Source: Gekko japonicus (taxonomy: Eukaryota). From it: 64,000 nucleotides of DNA. How positions within the stretch are numbered: position 1 is the first letter of the stretch; each line of letters starts with the position of its first letter. Of this stretch, positions 59,870-64,000 are shown in pieces. The DNA lies in NCBI RefSeq assembly GCF_001447785.1, contig NW_015161961.1, positions 1,059,833 to 1,123,832 of the forward strand. Reading direction: 5' to 3'. The notes beneath the pieces were generated by a model. It did no database searches and was not told the DNA's origin. It worked only from the letters and a program-made list of their open reading frames with translations. Position numbers and translations under genes: made by a program.

Positions 59870-62660
59870 TCACTGGAACAAAGTTGGATGGACCCGCCGG
59901 GGAACTGGTGGGTGGCGGTGACATAGGTGATATCTCGGGGCTTCCTGTGATGGCTGACTACAGCGTTCCACCTGCTCGCTGGCTATTGGTTGCTCTCTGG
60001 CTATTGGTTGCTCACTGGCCGTAGGCAGGTCCCTCTCGGCTGCTGGTTCCAGGGGGCTTGGCAGCTCCTCCTTGCTGTTCTCTGGGAGTGTTGTGGGCAA
60101 ACTCAGTTCTGCTGGAAGGAGCCAGCGGTGGAGCTGATCAATGTGCCTCCAGAGCAGCTGGCCATCTGTGGACACCTCATATGAGAGGGGCCCTGTTACT
60201 CTGATAACCATGGCAGGAATCCATGCTGGGACTCTGGTGAAATTCTGGGCATAGACAGGGTTGCCGGGGAAGAAACAGGCCACTGTTTGACTCTCACAAG
60301 CCGGACTGTATTCCGGAGCACGGTCTGGGTGTAGAGGGTCTAGCCAGGTTGTGAGGCGTCGGCCCATGAGGAGTTCCACAGGGCTGTGGCTGGTGGTGGC
60401 ATTCGGGGTTGTCCAGTGGCTGAAGAGGAAGGCCACTAGACAGAGGTCCCAGTATCCTTGGACGATCCAGCAGAGGGACTCCTTCATTGTCCTCACCATC
60501 CACTCTGCCTGTCCATTGGTTGTGGGGTGGAAGGGAGCTGAGCGGATGTGCTGGATGGCATAGTAGCCCATGCACTCCTGGAACTTGGCCGAGGTGAAGG
60601 CCATCCCATTGTCCATTACGACAGTGTCGGGTATGCCATGGGTGCTAAAGATCCACAAGAGAGCATGAATGGCAGCCAGGGATGAGGTGGAGGGGACCGG
60701 TACCACTTCAAGCCATCTGGTATATGAGTCTACCACAATGAAGAAGATCTGTCCCTGGAAGGGTCCTCCAAAGTTGAGATGAAGCCAGACCCATGGCTTG
60801 TGGGAGGACTCCTACTGACGCACCGGGGCCCTGGGGGGATCCGGCCGGGACTCTTGGCATGGCTGGCAGCACTTTACACAGTCCTCTATCTCACTGTCCA
60901 TGCCTGGCCACAAGACGTAGCTGCGGGCCAGCACCTTTATCCACACAATTCCTAGGTGTGTTTTGTGTAGTGCGGCTGGTACTTGCTGGCGCAACAGTGC
61001 TGGCACCACCACCCTGCTCCCCCACAACAGGAAACCCTTGTGCTCAGACAGCTCATCCTGGCAGGAAGAGAATGCAGCAAATTCAGGGCCCACACGGCTG
61101 GTGGGCCATCCCCTCCCCACCCAGTCCAAAACAAGGGAGAGGACACGGTCTCTGGCAGTGCAGCATGCCACATCAGAGACCAGTAGGGGATGGTTGGGGA
61201 GGGCCTCAAGGAGCAGGATGTGATGCACTGGGGCCGGGTCCAGGTCGCAGGCAGGGAGTGGCAGCCTGCTTAGGGTGTCAGCATGGCCCATGGCCTTCCC
61301 GGGGTGGTAGATGAGTGAGTACTGGTAACCGGACAGGAAAATCGACCAGTGCAGCACCCTGGGGGACAGCATCTGTGGTGTCTGGTGGTCCGGGGCCAGC
61401 ATGCCCAGCAGTGGTTTGTGGTCAGTCGCAATGGTGAAGGGCCGCTGATAGAGGTAATCATGAAATTTCTTGACTCCCGCCACAATTACCAGAGCCTCTT
61501 TGTCAATCTGAGTGTAATTCTTCTCTGCTGAGGACAAAGTATGGGAATAATACACCACAGGAACCTCTCTGCCGTCAGGAAGCTAGTGGCCCAGGACCAT
61601 GCCGACCCCTTAAGGGGAAGCATCGCAAGCGAGGATGATGGGTAAAGTCTCATAGAAGTGCACCAGGACGGTGTTTGAAGTGAGCAGCTTCTTGACGGCC
61701 TGGAATGCATTGGCCTGTTGCTGGCCCCAGACCTAAGGGGCTCTTTTGTTGAGGAGCCGGTGCATCATCAAAGAAGGGCTGTACCCTGGGAATCCCTTTA
61801 AGGAGAGAGTCCATTAGATTCTGAAAAATTCCTGGGGCCACGCTAACTCCGAACTGCAGCCTCCGCTCCCGGAACACACCCCTGTGCATCACAATTGTCT
61901 GCGCTTCCACCATCACATCATCGACCAGGAGCTGTTGGTACGCCTGAGCTATGTCCAGCTTACCAAAGATCTTGGCGCCCGCCAGAGTGGCCAGGACATG
62001 GCTGACCACTGGGACCACATATGTGTGGTTTTGTAGAGCCTTATTTATTGCACATTTATAGTCCACGCAGATGCAGACATCCCAGTTGGGCTTTACTGGA
62101 GTCACAATTGGGGTTTCCCATGCGGCATGGGGTACGGGTTCCAAAACTCCTTGGACCACCAGCCTATCCAACTCCGCATCAATCTTAGGTTTAAGAGTGA
62201 ATGGTGCACGCCTGGCCTTCAGCCTTATGGGCCAAACTGCCAGGTTTAGTTGTAGAAAGACTGGGGGTCCGGTGTACCAGCCGAGCGTCCCATCAAATAC
62301 TGCCAGGAACTCATTGCACACTGCCTGGAAGTCTTTGGTGGCCACGTGGTGCACCCCAGTTACCCTGAACCCTAGTGGCGTGAACGATGCAAGTCCTATG
62401 AGGCTTGTATGACTGCCCCTCACTACCAGCAGGTCCAAACGTTCATCAAATTGCCTGTACTGCACTCGGTACCTTCCCTCCCCCCGGATGGACACCTCAT
62501 TTTTGGAAAAGTCCTGTAGGGTGAAACTGACAGGTCGCAGGGGAGGACCCCTATTTGGGCAGAGCCTGTGGAACGTGTCCTCTGAGATAATCGAGATGGA
62601 GGACCTGGTATCTAGCTCCATCAAGCAGGGCTTCCCTCGAGCAAGACGGTGACTATAATT
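59870..62660 (-). pseudogene. Gypsy pol (protease, RT, RNase H, integrase) with frameshifts, stops and an RT deletion
   Basis: ELDTRSSISIIS; LDIAQAYQQL; LQFGVSVAPGIFQ..FFDD; EKNYTQIDKEAL..TDHKPL; H..H..C..C; VDSYTRW..DNG..NGQAE. Confidence 0.9.
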
Positions 62661-62947
62661 TTGTTGGGGGTCTCCTGGGGCAAGTTTAATACCTGTTGCT
62701 GCTGGACAGAGGTGGTGTGTAGCTCCGCGGAGTGCATCGATGTTGGGGTAGCCAATGGTCGCCTCTCACTTCCCTTCAAGCAGCATGCATGGGTGATGTG
62801 ACCAACCTTCCCACAGGTCTAACACGTGGCATATCTGAAACGGCAGGATCTCCACTTGTGAGGGTCCCCACAGCTGGTGCATGGTGTTGCTGGTGTGCAT
62901 TTAGTGGTGTGGAGTGGAATGGAGTGGCGGGGTTTGCAGCGTCCTGG

Positions 62948-63556
62948 TCATGGTAGTTGAAGTACCTCTTCACTGTCAGAAGTGTCGGAGGTCAATGAAA
63001 CGGCGGCCTGGTGCACTGTTGTGGCCTGGCGGTTGGTCTTCTGGTGGCTGCCCTCCTTGGACTTCTTGAATGCTGCTGCCACTTGGAGTGCCTTTTGGAG
63101 GTCTACGTCCGCTTGGCCAGTGAGCTTGTGGTGGAGCTTCTTGTCCCTGAGACTGAACACAAAATGGTCTAGGAGTGCTTCCTCGAGTGTGGTGAACTCA
63201 CAGTGGAGGGCCAGTTTGCGCTGGGCAGACACGTAAGCTGAGGTTGGTTCACCGGGCCTTTGGTTCCTCTTGAAGAATTCCATGCGGCGAGTCATCCAGG
63301 TGGGCTTGGGTGCAAAGTGGTCTGTGAGCACCTTGATGAGACCGTCGAAGGTGACAAGCTGTAGTTTGGTCGACATGCTGCGGCTCTGGGCCAGCTCCAG
63401 GGTATCGATCCCACAGGAGCTGAGCAGGAGAGCCTTCTTTTTCTTGTGTCATCAATGCCTTGGAATTCCACGAAATAGGTTAGGCGTTCCACCCAGGATT
63501 CCCACTTTTCTGAGTGAGTGGGGTCGAATTCCAGGAGGACCTGGAGTGGCAAGCAT
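62948..63556 (-). pseudogene. Gypsy gag, frameshifted
   Basis: EFDPTHSEKWESWVERL..; FFKRNQRPGE..YVSAQRKLALHCEF..LLDHFVFSLRD. Confidence 0.8.
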
Positions 63557-63642
63557 TGTCTTCGGAGCGGTGCGATACTCTGTGTGCGCTGCTATGCTGG
63601 TTGAAGCCGGCTCGCTCATCAGGATCCCACCTTCATCACCAG

Positions 63643-63940
63643 TGAAATATACTGGGTTCAGACATGTTCAGGTGATCAGCTCATGGTTTATTAGTGACTC
63701 AGCAGGAGAAAGAAGACTGAGAAACCCCTGGCCGAAGCAGGGTATTTATGCCTGGAAAAGGTCACACCCAAAACACACCCCACTCCCAACTATAGGCTAT
63801 TTACACTACATTGTTTCCCAATTGGATTGCTCTAAGATCCCTGTCACCCTACTGGTCCATTCTAGGATCCTAGCAAGCTATTGTTACGCAACCCCAAGCT
63901 AAGTCCTTTTGCAAGTACAGTTCAGGCTCAATACATAGCA
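63643..63940 (-). repeat. 5' LTR of the Gypsy element
   Basis: TG..CA termini, adjacent to the PBS. Confidence 0.9.
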
Positions 63941-64000
63941 GTGGTCATAACCAAGGCCTCTGGGCTTTTTAACAATAGTATTTTCTGTTTCTAAGGGTTA

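Larger units (their letters stand above)
59457..63940 (-). mobile_element. Degenerate Ty3/Gypsy LTR retrotransposon (Mag-like)
   Basis: Two ~300-bp LTRs; PBS-like TGGTGATGAAGG (63630-63641, minus strand); PPT GGGGGGAGGGG (59763-59773, minus strand); order gag-PR-RT-RH-IN. Confidence 0.93.

Noticed and set aside
63270-63902. 210-aa plus-strand ORF
   Set aside because: Antisense to the degenerate gag and LTR; no recognisable domain
1-64000. CRISPR array or prokaryotic operon
   Set aside because: Vertebrate repeat landscape; no regularly spaced direct repeats

Overview
Repeat-rich, apparently non-coding vertebrate DNA. The SINE families present (Sauria/Squam1-type, Squam3-like, 5S-derived) point to a squamate, probably a gecko (inference). 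I could not support any host protein-coding exon, tRNA gene or rRNA gene; the recognisable ORFs all derive from retroelements. Main elements: a degenerate Ty3/Gypsy provirus with both LTRs (59457-63940, minus strand); a 5'-truncated L1 with an uninterrupted ORF2 (34056-36465); an L1 5' end with ORF1 next to an assembly gap; CR1 and L2 LINE remnants; four solo LTRs; many SINEs; and hAT-type MITEs with 8-bp target-site duplications (TSDs), often nested three deep. The most notable observation is a ~390-bp non-coding Penelope-like insertion (17416-17802). It has a perfect 59-bp inverted repeat and a minimal hammerhead ribozyme in which the C3-G8 core pair is replaced by a compensatory U3-A8 pair. 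A second, decayed hammerhead relic lies at ~31760. Several repeat-free stretches look like conserved non-coding elements, but that needs cross-species alignment. There are three N-gaps. All coordinates were read by eye.
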